Positions 35,896 to 44,906 of a DNA stretch of 64,000 nucleotides are shown here, piece after piece. Each line of letters begins with the position of its first letter. Position 1 is the first letter of the stretch. Under the pieces are notes generated by a model, which did no database searches, was not told the origin of the DNA, and saw nothing but the letters and a program-made list of their open reading frames with translations. A program made the translations under genes and the position numbers. Where the stretch lies: contig CP011210.1 of the NCBI GenBank assembly GCA_001029675.1, positions 841,280-905,279 of the forward strand. Direction: 5' to 3'. This DNA is from Candidatus Beckwithbacteria bacterium GW2011_GWC1_49_16. Lineage in GTDB: Bacteria; Patescibacteriota; Microgenomatia; UBA1400; CG1-02-47-37.

Positions 35896-36579
35896 ATGTA
35901 TAAGCTCTCGCCATCTGACTTTGCTTACCTTTATGAGGAGTGCAAGCTGTGTTACTGGCTTAAAGTCAAAAAGGGCATTTACCAACCAAGCATGCCCATG
36001 CCGGGGGTGTTTTCGGCGATTAACACCAGGATCCAGGGGACTTTGATCGGCAAAAACTTGCAAAGTTTATCAGCCGACCTGCCCCAGGCGGTGGTGAAAA
36101 CCCAAGAGGGGTGGGTGGAGTCTAAGCTCGTGCCGGAGACCGGCGTTTACATCAAAGGTAAGTATGATTTGCTGGCTCAAGCTGCCGACGGGGGCAACTT
36201 TTTAGTTGACCTTAAGATCAGCCAGCCGCATGAGGATAAGATTGACAAATACAAAACCCAGCTCTCGGCCTACAAGTTTGCTTTGGAAAACCCTAAAAGC
36301 GGAGTGGGAGTTAAAATCGCCCGGATGGGATTACTCATCTTCTACCCTGACGCGGTGGCTTTTGAAAATGGCGCGGCTAGAGTCAACTTCCCCCCAAGCT
36401 GGCTGGAAATTCCCCTGGATGAGGCAGGCTTTTTGGCTTTTGCCAGAGAGGTTAACGCTTTGCTTGACGGGCCGGCGCCTGAAGAAGGGACGGGCTGTAA
36501 GTGGTGCCAATACCGGCATAAAGGTGAGGAAGAGACCCACGAAGAAGACGAGGTCAAGCAGCAGGATATTCCTTTTTGA
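35896..36579 (+). CDS. Cas4/RecB-like PD-(D/E)XK nuclease with Fe-S cysteine cluster
   Basis: N-terminal CKLC and C-terminal CKWC cysteines flank a core with DLLAQAADGGNFLVDLKIS (D...DxK-like). The real start is probably MYKLSP at 35896; the track ORF begins upstream. Confidence 0.5.
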   Translation: MYKLSPSDFAYLYEECKLCYWLKVKKGIYQPSMPMPGVFSAINTRIQGTLIGKNLQSLSADLPQAVVKTQEGWVESKLVPETGVYIKGKYDLLAQAADGGNFLVDLKISQPHEDKIDKYKTQLSAYKFALENPKSGVGVKIARMGLLIFYPDAVAFENGAARVNFPPSWLEIPLDEAGFLAFAREVNALLDGPAPEEGTGCKWCQYRHKGEEETHEEDEVKQQDIPF

Positions 36580-36582
36580 AAC

Positions 36583-37035
36583 TTAGGCGGCTTCCGGAAA
36601 GTGAATGTGGGTGTTTAATTTACCAAAGAGGTTTTCGCGATTTTGTCTCTGAATGACAGGATTTTTATCTGCGGCCAAATCATAAACTTGGCTTTGAATC
36701 AGCTTCTCGGCATGAACGGAGGTGATGCCTAGGTCGCTTAGCTGACCCTTAAAGGCTTCGATGACTTTTTCATTTTCGTGGGCTCTGAGGTATTCGTCGG
36801 TAAAGACGGCCATGCCTTCGTCTAAAAATCCGGCTATGTGGCGGGTAACTCTGTCTATTCTTTCCGGGGGAATTTTTAAAACGGTGGAGAGGATTTCGAT
36901 CCTTCTTGGCAAGGGAACGCCCCTTTTTATCCTTAAGCTTTCAATCAGTTCACCGCCGACAAGGCGATGAAAGATGGTATAGTCCGGAAAAAACTGGGGT
37001 TTAGGTCTGCCTGTCTCGGTTTTTGCTTCAGCCAT
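36583..37035 (-). CDS. Hypothetical protein
   Basis: 150 aa. Confidence 0.35.
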   Translation of the reverse strand: MAEAKTETGRPKPQFFPDYTIFHRLVGGELIESLRIKRGVPLPRRIEILSTVLKIPPERIDRVTRHIAGFLDEGMAVFTDEYLRAHENEKVIEAFKGQLSDLGITSVHAEKLIQSQVYDLAADKNPVIQRQNRENLFGKLNTHIHFPEAA

Positions 37036-37071
37036 AGAGATTTAGAGTTATAGGGTTAGGGTAAGTATAAC

Positions 37072-37647
37072 ATGAGATATAATAAAACTATGCGCGCTAA
37101 AGGCCTGATATTAATTCTTTTGATTGTGGCGGTGGGTTTGGGGGTGTTAAGATATAGGCAAGAGGACTCTCCCAGCCCGAGCGAAGAGACGACTAAGGAG
37201 GTAGTAGACATGAAGCTAGTAAGCAGCGCTTTTGAGGAAGGCCAAGCGATTCCGGCTCAATATACCTGTGACGGGGACAATGTTTCTCCCCCGCTAACAG
37301 TTAGTGAGGTATCTGAGCAAGCTAAAAGTTTAGCCATGATTGTGGATGACCCAGACGCCCCGGCAGGAGACTGGGTGCATTGGCTGTGGTGGAATGCTTC
37401 GGGCGCCACGGCAGAAATTGCCGAGAACGCCACGCCTTCGGGGGCGATGGTGGGCAAAAACGACTTTGGCGCCAATGGTTATGGCGGGCCGTGCCCGCCG
37501 TCAGGGACGCACCGGTACCAGTTTAAACTTTTTGCTTTGGATGCGGCTTTGGACTTACCTGAAACTTCTGGCAAGGCGGGGTTACTTTCGGCGATGGAGG
37601 GGCATATTTTGGAACAGGTGATGCTGACGGGAACGTATTCAAGATAA
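37072..37647 (+). CDS. YbhB/YbcL (PEBP/Raf-kinase-inhibitor-like) family protein
   Basis: DPDAPAG, WVHWLWWN, YGGPCPPSGTHRY motifs. Confidence 0.8.
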   Translation: MRYNKTMRAKGLILILLIVAVGLGVLRYRQEDSPSPSEETTKEVVDMKLVSSAFEEGQAIPAQYTCDGDNVSPPLTVSEVSEQAKSLAMIVDDPDAPAGDWVHWLWWNASGATAEIAENATPSGAMVGKNDFGANGYGGPCPPSGTHRYQFKLFALDAALDLPETSGKAGLLSAMEGHILEQVMLTGTYSR

Positions 37648-37691
37648 TATCAAAACTGTCTCTTGACATTATGATAATTTTGGCATAATAT

Positions 37692-37988
37692 ATGAAAGTA
37701 CTTTTTGATCCAAGGGTTAAAAAATTTCTTAAGAATATTTCTAAGCAAGAACGGGCTAAGGTGACTGAATACGTAGATCTTTTTAAGGAGTACGGCTTTG
37801 CTCTAGGGCAAAAGTATTTGAAAAAGGTGGATAATAAAATATGGGAGTTGCGCCCGGGCAAGATGAGAGTGTTTTTGTTCAAATACTCCGCTAACCATAT
37901 TGTTATTCACGCGATGTTTAAAAAGTCACAGAAAATTACTAAGGAAACAAAACAGTTATTAGCAAGTAGACTTAAGGAATATTTATGA
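37692..37988 (+). CDS. Type II toxin, Gp49-like/HigB (RelE/ParE superfamily)
   Basis: IWELRPGKMRVFLFKYSANHIVIHAMFKKSQKITKETKQ matches the phage Gp49-like toxin family. ATGA overlap with the downstream XRE gene. Confidence 0.65.
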   Translation: MKVLFDPRVKKFLKNISKQERAKVTEYVDLFKEYGFALGQKYLKKVDNKIWELRPGKMRVFLFKYSANHIVIHAMFKKSQKITKETKQLLASRLKEYL

Positions 37989-38284
37989 AGAAAAAAATAG
38001 ATATTAGCAAGCTGACAACCTTTGAGGAACTTAAAGTTGAATGGATGAAAGATCCTGGCTTTAGGCGTGAATATCAAAAAGTCCAGCCTCATTACCAGCT
38101 GGCGCGGCAAATTATTGGCGCTAGGTTAAAAAAGAAAATGACCCAAGCGGAACTGGCAAAAAAGGCTAAAACGGGCCAGGCGGTAATTTCGCGGCTTGAG
38201 GGGATGAACGCCCAGCCGACGATTTCGCTTTTGCAAAGAATCGCCCAGGCCTTGAACACCAAAATTGAGCTGACCATTCGCTGA
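37985..38284 (+). CDS. XRE-family HTH antitoxin (HigA-like)
   Basis: [21 protein letters not shown] helix-turn-helix. Confidence 0.65.
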   Translation: MKKKIDISKLTTFEELKVEWMKDPGFRREYQKVQPHYQLARQIIGARLKKKMTQAELAKKAKTGQAVISRLEGMNAQPTISLLQRIAQALNTKIELTIR

Positions 38285-38715
38285 TGGTAAAAGTAGTTAA
38301 ATCCGACCGCCAGTGGGGGGAAAAATTAACTGACGAGCAGTTTAAGGTATTGAGGCGTTGCGGAACAGAACCACCGTTTACGGGGAAATACGTTCGTCAC
38401 AAAGGCAAGGGTATGTATGTTTGCGCCGGCTGCGGAGCGAAACTGTTTGACTCGGACACCAAGTATGACTCGCAGTCGGGCTGGCCGGCTTTTTGGGACG
38501 TGGTGGATAAAAAGGCGGTCAAGCTAACAGACGACAATACTTTGGGGATGAGTCGAACCGAAGTCACTTGTGCCAATTGCGGCGGGCACCTGGGACATGT
38601 ATTCAACGACGGACCCAAGGAAAAAACGGGGTTAAGGTACTGCATCAACTCGGCGGCTTTGGATTTTCAGCCAAAGGCTGATGGGTCTTTGGCCCATGAG
38701 GGGAAGGAAAAATGA
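38284..38715 (+). CDS. msrB: Peptide methionine sulfoxide reductase MsrB
   Basis: [38 protein letters not shown] are SelR/MsrB signatures. Confidence 0.9.
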   Translation: MVKVVKSDRQWGEKLTDEQFKVLRRCGTEPPFTGKYVRHKGKGMYVCAGCGAKLFDSDTKYDSQSGWPAFWDVVDKKAVKLTDDNTLGMSRTEVTCANCGGHLGHVFNDGPKEKTGLRYCINSAALDFQPKADGSLAHEGKEK

Positions 38716-39578
38716 AAGATAAGTATAACGCCACCTGGGTGTCGTATTCATCGATTTCGGACTGGTTGCGCTGCCCTCGGGCCTACTACTTTAAAAACGT
38801 CTATAAAAACCCCAAGACGGGTAGGAAAATCAGCCTGATGGCCCCGCCTTTGGCTTTGGGCCAGGCGGTGCACGAGGTGATCGAGGGCTTGTCGACCTTA
38901 GCGGTGGATAAACGCTTTGACACGCCGTTGGTTACCAGGCTGGAACAAGCCTGGAAGAAAATTTCCGGCAAGCGGGGTGGGTTTTCTGATCGTGACCAGG
39001 AAGCAAGATTTTTGGACCGGGCCAAGGTCATGCTTAAGCGAGTGAACGACCATCCGGGGCCTTTGAAAAATTTGGCGGTAAAAATTAAAACCGAGGGCGG
39101 GATGACGCCGTATTTTTGGCTGTCGGAAGCTGACGAGATCATTTTGGTGGGCAGGATCGACTGGCTGGAATATTTGGCGGACAAGGAAGCAGTGCACATC
39201 ATCGACTTTAAGACGGGTAAGACAAAACAGAAAGACGGCTCGCTCCAGCTGCCGATCTACTTGCTTCTGGCCGAAAACCTGCAAGAGCGGCCGGTGAAAA
39301 AAGTAAGTTATTGGTATATTGAACAGAGTAACGCTCCGGAAGAGCAAAAAATGCCGGTGAAAGAAAAAGCCGAACAAGACGTCTTAAAGGTAGCCAAGGA
39401 AATTAGTCTGGCTAAAAAACTTAATCGCTTTGTCTGCCCCCACGGCGGCTGCCCGGCCTGCCGCGAAATGGAGGCGGTAACTGAAGGTAAAGCCGAGATG
39501 GTGGGGGTGGACGAGATCGGCCGGGAGGTGTATGTTTTGGAGCACGGCAAAGCGGCTTTTGAAAGCGAGCTGCTATAA
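38712..39578 (+). CDS. Cas4/RecB-like PD-(D/E)XK nuclease with Fe-S cluster
   Basis: N-terminal Cys (WLRCPRAYY) plus C-terminal CPHGGCPAC, which is the Cas4 C-x(n)-C-x4-C-x2-C arrangement. Core [17 protein letters not shown]. Confidence 0.55.
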   Translation: MKDKYNATWVSYSSISDWLRCPRAYYFKNVYKNPKTGRKISLMAPPLALGQAVHEVIEGLSTLAVDKRFDTPLVTRLEQAWKKISGKRGGFSDRDQEARFLDRAKVMLKRVNDHPGPLKNLAVKIKTEGGMTPYFWLSEADEIILVGRIDWLEYLADKEAVHIIDFKTGKTKQKDGSLQLPIYLLLAENLQERPVKKVSYWYIEQSNAPEEQKMPVKEKAEQDVLKVAKEISLAKKLNRFVCPHGGCPACREMEAVTEGKAEMVGVDEIGREVYVLEHGKAAFESELL

Positions 39579-39590
39579 TAGAAAAAGCTC

Positions 39591-40679
39591 ATGAGCATTT
39601 TGGCTAAGGATTTTTTAAAGACCGAAGGGATATTGACCGGAGAGCCTAACGACAGCTTGGCGTCGGCACTAGCAAAACTTAATTCCAGCCACGGGGCGGT
39701 GTTTGTGACTGAAGGCAAGAAACTCCTGGGGCTGATCAGCCCTTATCACGTCTTGTACCGGTCAAACTTTCCCGGTGAGAGTAAACTCAAAAACTGTTTG
39801 TTTCGCCCGCCGAAACTATCCCCTGACACGCCGGTGGCCAAGATCGCCCGTCTCATGGTCGAGTCCAAGGTTTACTATTTGCCGGTGGTTGACTTGGAGG
39901 ACAATCTTTTAGGGATCGTGTCGTACCGGCGGATTTTGCGCTGGCTTAAAGATAACGGCTTGATCGGCGAGTTTGGCGATTTGATGAAACCAAAAGCGAT
40001 GATTTCGATTAAGGAAGACGAGGCTTTGGGGCGGGCCCGGACTTTAATGAAGCCGGGCGGAGTCAGCCGTTTGATGGTGACGGCCCCTTCGGGGAAATTG
40101 ATCGGCATTTTGACCCGGTATGATTTAAGGTTGGCTTTGGCCGAGCCGCAAAACTCGCAGAAATCTTGGTCGCGGGCAGGGAGCAAAGACGGTTTGGCGG
40201 ATAGACAAGTCAGACCGTACATAAAACGGGCGGTGGCGACTTTGGGGCGGGATAAAGATATCAAACAAGCCATCGAGCTGATTTTGACCCGGACTATCGG
40301 CAGCGTAGTCTTAGTCAACAACAAGTACCAACCGGTGGGGCTGGTGTCGGTCCACGACATCTTAAACAGGCTGGCGGAAAGAGAACAAGGCAGTAAGAAC
40401 CCCTTGAGCTTTAATTTGCCGGATGGGTTCCGCTATCGGGAAACTTTGAAACGCAAGGTAAGAAAAAGCTTTAGAAAACTTTCCCGGCGGGGGAAAATCC
40501 TGACCTACCGCGTGACGGTCAAACAAAAACTTAACCGCGCCGGTAAAGTCAGCCGCTATGAGGTAATAATCGGAGTGAAACTGCCCAACCGGGCGGAGCT
40601 TAGCACCAAGGTGGTAGAATATGACGCGGTCAAGGCCGTTAACCAGGCTTTGGATAAAATCGCCGCCCAGATGGAGTAA
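39591..40679 (+). CDS. CBS-pair domain protein with C-terminal HPF/RaiA-like segment
   Basis: Two CBS pairs. Tail KILTYRVTVKQ...YEVIIGVKLPNRAELSTKVVEYDAVKAVNQALDKI has an HPF-like pattern. Confidence 0.45.
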   Translation: MSILAKDFLKTEGILTGEPNDSLASALAKLNSSHGAVFVTEGKKLLGLISPYHVLYRSNFPGESKLKNCLFRPPKLSPDTPVAKIARLMVESKVYYLPVVDLEDNLLGIVSYRRILRWLKDNGLIGEFGDLMKPKAMISIKEDEALGRARTLMKPGGVSRLMVTAPSGKLIGILTRYDLRLALAEPQNSQKSWSRAGSKDGLADRQVRPYIKRAVATLGRDKDIKQAIELILTRTIGSVVLVNNKYQPVGLVSVHDILNRLAEREQGSKNPLSFNLPDGFRYRETLKRKVRKSFRKLSRRGKILTYRVTVKQKLNRAGKVSRYEVIIGVKLPNRAELSTKVVEYDAVKAVNQALDKIAAQME

Positions 40680-40680
40680 A

Positions 40681-41064
40681 ATGGTGACGATGAAGCTTAG
40701 TCAACAAAAATGCGTCCCTTGCCGCGGCGGCGTGCCGCCGATGAAGCGGAGTTTGATTAAAGAGTATATTAAAAAGGTAAATCCGGGCTGGCGGGTGAAA
40801 CACGTGGAGCTACCTGGGGCAAAGGACGGTGAGGGGGCCAAGATTGTGCGGCGGTTCACTTTCAAAAACTTTGCGGCGGCTTTGGAGTTTGTCAACCAGG
40901 TGGGGGCGATTGCTGAAGGTGAGGACCACCACCCGAATATTCACTTAACTAACTGGAACAAGGTCAAGTTAGTTTTATTCACCCATAAAATTAACGGGCT
41001 TCACGCTAATGACTTTATCCTGGCGGCCAAAATTGATAAACTGGCTCATGACTTTGAAGGATAG
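40681..41064 (+). CDS. Pterin-4a-carbinolamine dehydratase
   Basis: GEDHHPNIHL is the PCD signature [EDKH]-x3-H-[HN]-P. Start assumed at MVTMKL (40681). Confidence 0.7.
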   Translation: MVTMKLSQQKCVPCRGGVPPMKRSLIKEYIKKVNPGWRVKHVELPGAKDGEGAKIVRRFTFKNFAAALEFVNQVGAIAEGEDHHPNIHLTNWNKVKLVLFTHKINGLHANDFILAAKIDKLAHDFEG

Positions 41065-41350
41065 AGTTTATAAACTGACCAGCCGCATCCCTAAAGGCAA
41101 AGTGACCACTTATGGCGCTATCGCCAAAAAACTTGGCGTCGGCAGTGCCCGGCCGATCGGCAATATCCTCCACGTTAATCCTTACGCCCCCAAAGTCCCC
41201 TGCCACCGGGTGGTGTCTTCAACCGGTAGGCTCGCCAAAAACTTTGGCGCTCCCGGCAAAATCGCCACCCACGCTAAGTTGTTACGCGCCGAAGGCGTTA
41301 CCGTCACCAACAATCGCGTGAGCTTAAAAAAATATTTATGGACACCCTAG
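41048..41350 (+). CDS. ogt: Methylated-DNA--protein-cysteine methyltransferase DNA-binding domain (Ogt/MGMT)
   Basis: VPCHRVV active-site motif with TYGAIAKKLG..ARPIGN. Start assumed at MTLKDRVY (41048). Confidence 0.75.
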   Translation: MTLKDRVYKLTSRIPKGKVTTYGAIAKKLGVGSARPIGNILHVNPYAPKVPCHRVVSSTGRLAKNFGAPGKIATHAKLLRAEGVTVTNNRVSLKKYLWTP

Positions 41351-41357
41351 CTTAATT

Positions 41358-41385
41358 CAGGCTTCACACACCGGGTGCGTGATAG
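41358..41385. repeat. Palindromic repeat copy (TCACACACC-GGG-TGCGTGATAG) with CAGGCTTCACAC leader
   Basis: Imperfect member of the repeat family. It shares the 14-nt direct repeat CAGGCTTCACAC(A/C)CC with 41907-41922. Confidence 0.65.
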
Positions 41386-41386
41386 T

Positions 41387-41893
41387 TTAGGTAATTTCAA
41401 CAATTTGGGCGGAGTTGGTTTTGGTGTCGTAGATAGCGTAAGTGGCGCGAACGTAACCTTTGCCCGGCACGATGCCACAAACAGCACCAGGGTTGACCAG
41501 TAAAGATTGGCCAATTTTTTTGTTGACTACCTGGTGGGTGTGACCAAAGAAAACGGCATCGTAGTCGCCGGTTTTGGCCAAAAGCTCTCCCAATTTAGGA
41601 TAGTGACAGAAAGCAATCTTCTTTTTATCGAGTTCGACCTCGCCAAACTCTTTGGTTAAAGGAGTCCAGGTAAAATTATCACCCCCTCTTTGTAACATGG
41701 CAATGTGGTCTTCGTCGACATTGCCCAAGCAAGCGTAAATCGGCAGGCCAATTTGCCCCATCGCCCCGGCTGTAAAAGGAGCGCACATATCCCCTAAAAA
41801 GATAATGGCTTCCACCTTAGCTTTTATTTGTTGGGCAATTTTTTCCAGATTACCAATGTGGTCGTGAATGTCAGATAAAATGGCAATTTTCAT
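41387..41893 (-). CDS. Metallophosphoesterase (YfcE/MPP family)
   Basis: MKIAILSDIHD, GDMCAPF, FGHTHQ motifs. Confidence 0.8.
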   Translation of the reverse strand: MKIAILSDIHDHIGNLEKIAQQIKAKVEAIIFLGDMCAPFTAGAMGQIGLPIYACLGNVDEDHIAMLQRGGDNFTWTPLTKEFGEVELDKKKIAFCHYPKLGELLAKTGDYDAVFFGHTHQVVNKKIGQSLLVNPGAVCGIVPGKGYVRATYAIYDTKTNSAQIVEIT

Positions 41894-41906
41894 TGGTTAC
41901 ATTATA

Positions 41907-41922
41907 CAGGCTTCACACCCCG
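41907..41922. repeat. Half-copy of the palindromic repeat (CAGGCTTCACACCCCG)
   Basis: Direct repeat of 41358-41373. It supplies the ..GV-stop (GGGGTGTGA on the minus strand) of the 644-aa ORF. Confidence 0.6.
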
Positions 41923-43847
41923 ACAATCGCCTGTTGCTGTTTTATATCTTTGGCTTTAAAAAATTCAAGCATTCTATTCGTCCCTCCTGAGGTGCTTCTG
42001 GTATGAGCGACAAACTCCCATAAATCCTTGAGCCAGCCTCTGGCATCTTGGGTGCGTAAAAGAGACGTATAGCCAAACCCCATATTTTCCGGAAATTCTA
42101 TGTCTTCCAGAGCTTGGTTATTTTTCTGAGCCACAATCACCTTGGCAATTGGTTCTGAAATAAGATCGTTTTCATGACGTTGCAACGCTAATTCTTGTTT
42201 TTTCCTTAAATATTCTGTGCTTTCGGCAAAGGCCTGCAAGTTGGCGTCTTGCCAGTCTGATGCTTCCGGTATCTGACCAAGCGCATAGCCTTTATCAGCT
42301 AAAATTCTATCTATATGTCTGGCTGAGTCTACCTCTAACACGTCGGGCATGAAACCCATGCGCCGTTTGTGCTCCGTCTCGCTATCAAGGTCTGCTATGA
42401 AAGCGGCTACTTCCGAGTTTTGGATAGATTGACTTAAAGCTTTTCGGGTGGCCTGCCGAGAGGTTGGTTGATCGGCCGCAAATGCCTGAGGATTGAAGTC
42501 ATTACCCCCAAGCATGTCCATGTTGGGATCTTGAAGCGATTTTAACACTGCCTCCTCGTATTGTTTGACAAAAATCGGATTGGCCAGAAGCCTGGCTCTG
42601 GCAGTTTCGTCGGCAGGCAGATCGCCCAGAAAAAAAAGCAGTCGTTTTTCCAACAAACCTTGTGCCGTGGCCGCACGCTGGCTTTGATGCATTAAATCCA
42701 ATAAAGCCCAATGGGCCCGCGATTCTGGTCGATCTAGGGGTTGTTTCAAATCCTCAATCAAGGACTGTCTAACACTATCTTTGGCGGCATCCCCTTGTTT
42801 ATCTAATAAAACTCTATGCTCTATCCACTTGCTGGTTAAATAGGCAATAATAATCAACTCATGATAACTGCATTCCTGCTCTAAAAAAGTCGATAAAGAA
42901 GCTTGTGTTTGGGAAAGGCTCATGTTTTTAATGTCTTTTTCTAATTTTTGCTGCCGGTAACCTACTCTGTCTAGATCCACTAAGGCCATTTCGTAGGCTT
43001 TGGCTACTGTTTTCGGCTCCATTGTTTTAATTTTTTCTCTTAAACGACTGGCTAAATAACCGCTCGTTCCCCGCATGCGCTCGGCTGCATCTTTTTGCCT
43101 ACGTTGATCACCCTGCTTAAAGGCCGAGCGCGAAGCTTTTAAATCAACTTCGTAGTCGGCAAAATCATAATAAGTAAACATTTCGTCAGTTTGAGAGGGG
43201 TCTAGCTGGTTGATAGCAGTGTTGATTCTGGCCATTTGCCCGACTGAAAGTCTAGTCTGTTCCCATTCCCCCCATTGATCCAATTCTCCCAGGGAATACT
43301 TTACTGCCGCCATAATGTCCTCTTCTGTGGTTGGGGTTTCAGGTAAAGTTAAGTTGGTTCTGGCGGCAAAAAGGCTCAGGTTATTGCTGGCGTAGGCAAC
43401 CGTCTTTTCCAAAACTGTCGTGCTTTCATCGATGTTTCTGGCGTGATCTTCTTCTTGCTGTTTTTCATTTTCTTCTTGCTCAACGAGCTTGCGGACTAGT
43501 CCAGGATTGGAGGCCGAGTGTAAGTAATGAGTCGCTTCTTCGTCTCGGGTGCGGCGATGAATTAAGGCGTCAGAGGATAACACCTCATCGCTCTCAAAAG
43601 AAATTTCACCGACACTTTTATCTCCTTCCTTAGTCGCCCGGAATGAGCCTATTGCCATTGGAGGGCGCTGGTTGGATAAGCGGAGGGGCAAATTGGCGGA
43701 AAGGTGCTCCAGGCTTGCTGCGGAAATGCCTAAAAAGGTGGCCATGTCTTTGACGCTTTGATTTAATCTTTCGTCTGGAGAAATGGGCTGCTCCGCACCT
43801 TTTTGTTTAAAACCTGATTCGATCACTCCGGTGGGGTTTTCGGGCAT
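41913..43847 (-). CDS. Large hypothetical protein
   Basis: 644 aa, largely helical, no recognisable motif. Confidence 0.4.
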   Translation of the reverse strand: MPENPTGVIESGFKQKGAEQPISPDERLNQSVKDMATFLGISAASLEHLSANLPLRLSNQRPPMAIGSFRATKEGDKSVGEISFESDEVLSSDALIHRRTRDEEATHYLHSASNPGLVRKLVEQEENEKQQEEDHARNIDESTTVLEKTVAYASNNLSLFAARTNLTLPETPTTEEDIMAAVKYSLGELDQWGEWEQTRLSVGQMARINTAINQLDPSQTDEMFTYYDFADYEVDLKASRSAFKQGDQRRQKDAAERMRGTSGYLASRLREKIKTMEPKTVAKAYEMALVDLDRVGYRQQKLEKDIKNMSLSQTQASLSTFLEQECSYHELIIIAYLTSKWIEHRVLLDKQGDAAKDSVRQSLIEDLKQPLDRPESRAHWALLDLMHQSQRAATAQGLLEKRLLFFLGDLPADETARARLLANPIFVKQYEEAVLKSLQDPNMDMLGGNDFNPQAFAADQPTSRQATRKALSQSIQNSEVAAFIADLDSETEHKRRMGFMPDVLEVDSARHIDRILADKGYALGQIPEASDWQDANLQAFAESTEYLRKKQELALQRHENDLISEPIAKVIVAQKNNQALEDIEFPENMGFGYTSLLRTQDARGWLKDLWEFVAHTRSTSGGTNRMLEFFKAKDIKQQQAIVGV

Positions 43848-43919
43848 ATGCCTAAATTATAATAGCAAAACGGCGAGGGTGGGTGGGGTGGTAAGTTTTA
43901 ACGATTATGGTAGACTAGG

Positions 43920-44549
43920 TTGATGAAAAAAGTCAGTGGGTTTTTCATCTTGCTTCTTCTGGGTGCTTTGGGTGCGGCGGGATATTTTGCCTGGCAAAAT
44001 TATCAGTTAAGGTCAAAACCGCAGCCTTCACAACTTCAACCTAAAGAAGTTCAGCTCCAACCGACCCCAACCGCTCAAACCGCTCAAGTAGATGAATTTT
44101 CCGATTGGTTAGACTTTGGCAGCAGGACAGATCTCTTTACCATTAAACATCCAAAAAATGTCAGCGTGGGACAAACGCCAGACAACTACATTCAAGTATC
44201 TGTCTGGGGGCCCACCCAAGAAAAAGACACCGAGTTTTATGACGGCATCAACCTGTTATTTAAATTTAATCCCCTAAATGGACAAACCCTAGAAGCTGTG
44301 GTTGACAATAGCGTTCAAGAGTCTCAAGTGGTGGGCGAAATCATTACGGCTAAGACGCCGATGAGCTTAAATAATTATGATGGCTTTACTTATACCAGCC
44401 AGGGCTTGGGGGTTTTCCGGTATATTTTCCTAGAATGGCCTGGGCAAGGATATATGGAAATAATTGACGGCACTAACGACCCCACCGGCCAAGGCTACAA
44501 AGAAATCGTTGAAAAGATTCTTTTGACTTTGGAGTACTCCGCTGTTTAG
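43920..44549 (+). CDS. Hypothetical secreted/membrane-anchored protein
   Basis: N-terminal hydrophobic anchor (FILLLLGALGAAGYFAW). Confidence 0.4.
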   Translation: MMKKVSGFFILLLLGALGAAGYFAWQNYQLRSKPQPSQLQPKEVQLQPTPTAQTAQVDEFSDWLDFGSRTDLFTIKHPKNVSVGQTPDNYIQVSVWGPTQEKDTEFYDGINLLFKFNPLNGQTLEAVVDNSVQESQVVGEIITAKTPMSLNNYDGFTYTSQGLGVFRYIFLEWPGQGYMEIIDGTNDPTGQGYKEIVEKILLTLEYSAV

Positions 44550-44599
44550 GCGGGGGTGATCGAAATCGGGCTGGCGGCGAAAGTGAATGGGGTGAGGGG

Positions 44600-44893
44600 C
44601 TAGGATTCTAAAACTCGAAGCTGGCTAATATGCCTAAAGTCTGCGTCTTGAGTAACATCAAACTTAGCTGTAGCTACTTGTTGGCCTAATACCGGAACGC
44701 CCTGCTCCCATGCTTTTCTTGATTTATGATTGCCGTCTGTGACGTAGGGCCTACCCTTGGCGTCTTTGCCAAATTTAATCGGGTCTTTTAAATTTACCTT
44801 TTTAATTCCGCTTCTATAGACTCTAGTCTCTTGGGTATAAAGGCTGTTGGGATCAAGAGAAATTATTTTGGGTTCCGACTCATTTTCTGGCAT
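44600..44893 (-). CDS. Hypothetical protein
   Basis: 97 aa ORF. Confidence 0.3.
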   Translation of the reverse strand: MPENESEPKIISLDPNSLYTQETRVYRSGIKKVNLKDPIKFGKDAKGRPYVTDGNHKSRKAWEQGVPVLGQQVATAKFDVTQDADFRHISQLRVLES

Positions 44894-44906
44894 AGCCTTA
44901 TTTTAC

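Noticed and set aside
514-41385. Palindromic repeats acting as Rho-independent terminators
   Set aside because: None of the copies is followed by a U-rich tract in either orientation, and several lie inside coding 3' ends. I prefer a REP/recombination-site interpretation.
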